Source: Sphyrna mokarran (lineage: Eukaryota). From it: DNA of 64,000 bases. A program made the translations under genes and the position numbers. Below, in pieces: positions 62,526 through 64,000 of the stretch. The stretch covers positions 34,100,001-34,164,000 of the forward strand of contig JAGIQG010000019.1 of NCBI GenBank assembly GCA_024679065.1, written 5' to 3'. Numbering within the stretch: position 1 is the first letter of the stretch; each line of letters starts with the position of its first letter. Under the pieces are notes generated by a model. The model made no database searches. It was not told the origin of the DNA and saw only the letters and a list, made by a program, of their open reading frames with translations.

Positions 62526-63890
62526 CAGTGAGGTTATGCTGGAATTACATAATAGATTAGTTATGCCTCTTGGGAACTGTTTGGATAAAATGCTCTTTTG
62601 GAGAGTAGGTGCAGACCTGATGGACTGAATTGCCTCCTTTTACTGTAGGGATTCTGTGGGTCTGTTTGCTTTAGCAGAGAGGTCAGTGACTAGGATATAT
62701 GGATTTAAAGTGCTTGCTAGAAAGATTAGAGAGGATTTGAGGAAAATAAATTTCACCTAAGGGTTATGGGCATTCTCATTGTCGGAAAGGGTGGTAGAGG
62801 CAGAAACCCACAGCTCACCTCAAATGCCTTAACCTGCAGGATTACAGATCAAATACTGGAAAGCAGGATTAGGTTGGTGTCTAATTTTTCAGCTTGTGCA
62901 AACATGTTGGGCCAAGTGGCCTTTTTCTATGCCAAAAACTTTCAATTATTCGATATTCAGAGGTACAGTAGGAGTCCAAACTAGGAGCTGTCTCCATGCT
63001 TGTTTCTACACACTGTTAAAAATCCATCTCATTCACTGATGCTCTTTAGGGAGTGCAATCTGCCATCCTTACCTGGTCTGGTGTACGTGTGACTCCAGAC
63101 CCATGATGTGGTTGACTCTTAAAATGTCCTTTGAATTTGTCATTTGAAATGGCTAGGCAAGTCAAGTAATTTAAGATGGGCAAAAAATGCTGGCCAATTC
63201 AGTGATGGTGATGTCTACATCCCATGCACGAATTGTATGAATAAAAAGATTACTCTGAGTGCTAGGTCATGTGTTTTCTTACATCACTATTTAGATGGTA
63301 TTGTACTTAATCCCACATTAACTTTTCAAGTATCAGATCCTTGTATGACTGTGGCCACTGCCAGCACTGCATATGGAGCTTGAGGAGGTGTTTGACGCTG
63401 CATTTGGACTGGGCAAGTGTTGGAGGCTTTGCTCGGATCGTGCTGACAACCCTGCAGTGGAGTTTGAGTGTACATGAGGAGGAAGGGAACCTGAAGGGAT
63501 GGGATGAGTAACGTATTTGGAGGGGCTTTCTGTTGGTCCAGTGGAGCAATTATGAAGGGACCCACAAGCAATCTCCTCAGCAATGTAGAATGTGGCAAAC
63601 CCAGCGTCCTTGCTAACACAATCATACTGACAGAATCATACCTTCGAGATAATATCACAGACATCATCACCACCTTTCGTGGATAACGTGGCACAGTGAT
63701 GATTAGTTGGTTGGGAGCTGCCTTGCGTGTGCTTTAACATTGACTCTGAATCCATAGCACCAAAAAACACGCCTGAATCAGCACTCCTCCATGTTGAGAG
63801 GAGCAAGGGCAAGGTGGCAACAGAATATATTCTGGGTGGGGGACTTCAATGTCCATCACTAAGCATGGCCAATAGTACCAAAACAGATGG

Positions 63891-64000
63891 TGGCACGGTG
63901 ACACAGTGGTTAGCACTGCTGCCTTACAGTGCCAGAGTCCCACGTTCAATTCCAGCCATGGGTCACTGTATGGAGTTTGCATGTTTTCCCTGTGCATGGG
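63891..64000 (+). mobile_element. V-SINE 5' part (cut by window edge)
   Basis: ggcacggtgacacagtggttagcactgctgcc head and gttcaattcc B-box. Confidence 0.85.

Larger units (their letters stand above)
60375..62945 (+). mobile_element. Old CR1 RT/3' part hosting two nested CR1s
   Basis: IYVNDLD...RFADNTK at 60520-60590; resumes after 62525. Confidence 0.7.

Noticed and set aside
843-64000. tRNA genes suggested by A/B boxes
   Set aside because: All are SINE heads followed by V or Deu cores; no complete cloverleaf seen.
49485-64000. Next SHANK3 exon (VNGxNVVKVGH...)
   Set aside because: Not found by eye; acceptor-like sites near 59958 and 60006 do not lead to SHANK sequence, so the exon is probably beyond the window.

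Overview
Eukaryotic DNA, very likely from a shark or other elasmobranch (HE1-type V-SINEs, Deu-domain SINEs, abundant CR1 LINEs). The window lies inside a + strand SHANK-family gene, best matching SHANK3. Two PDZ-domain coding exons (10469-10551 and 49360-49484) are separated by a ~38.8 kb intron. Almost everything else is nested mobile DNA: young and old CR1 LINEs, Rex1/Babar LINEs, an L2 3' end, Penelope remnants, three degenerate Gypsy-type LTR elements, a solo LTR, PIF/Harbinger remnants with MITEs, and several tandem arrays. Most listed ORFs are spurious or transposon fragments. The most notable observations are: (1) a candidate 9-nt frame-preserving microexon, plus an in-frame Kozak ATG, just upstream of the first PDZ exon; (2) a CR1 subfamily carrying a V-SINE core in its 3' UTR, with one copy 5'-inverted; (3) a V-SINE subfamily whose tail matches the Rex1 3' end; (4) two inverted Rex1 3' ends that share a post-terminal 30-bp minisatellite; (5) a fragmented ~34-bp array that forms the old intron matrix; (6) a ~174-bp foldback. 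Repeat boundaries were read by eye and are approximate unless a TSD or splice site is quoted.
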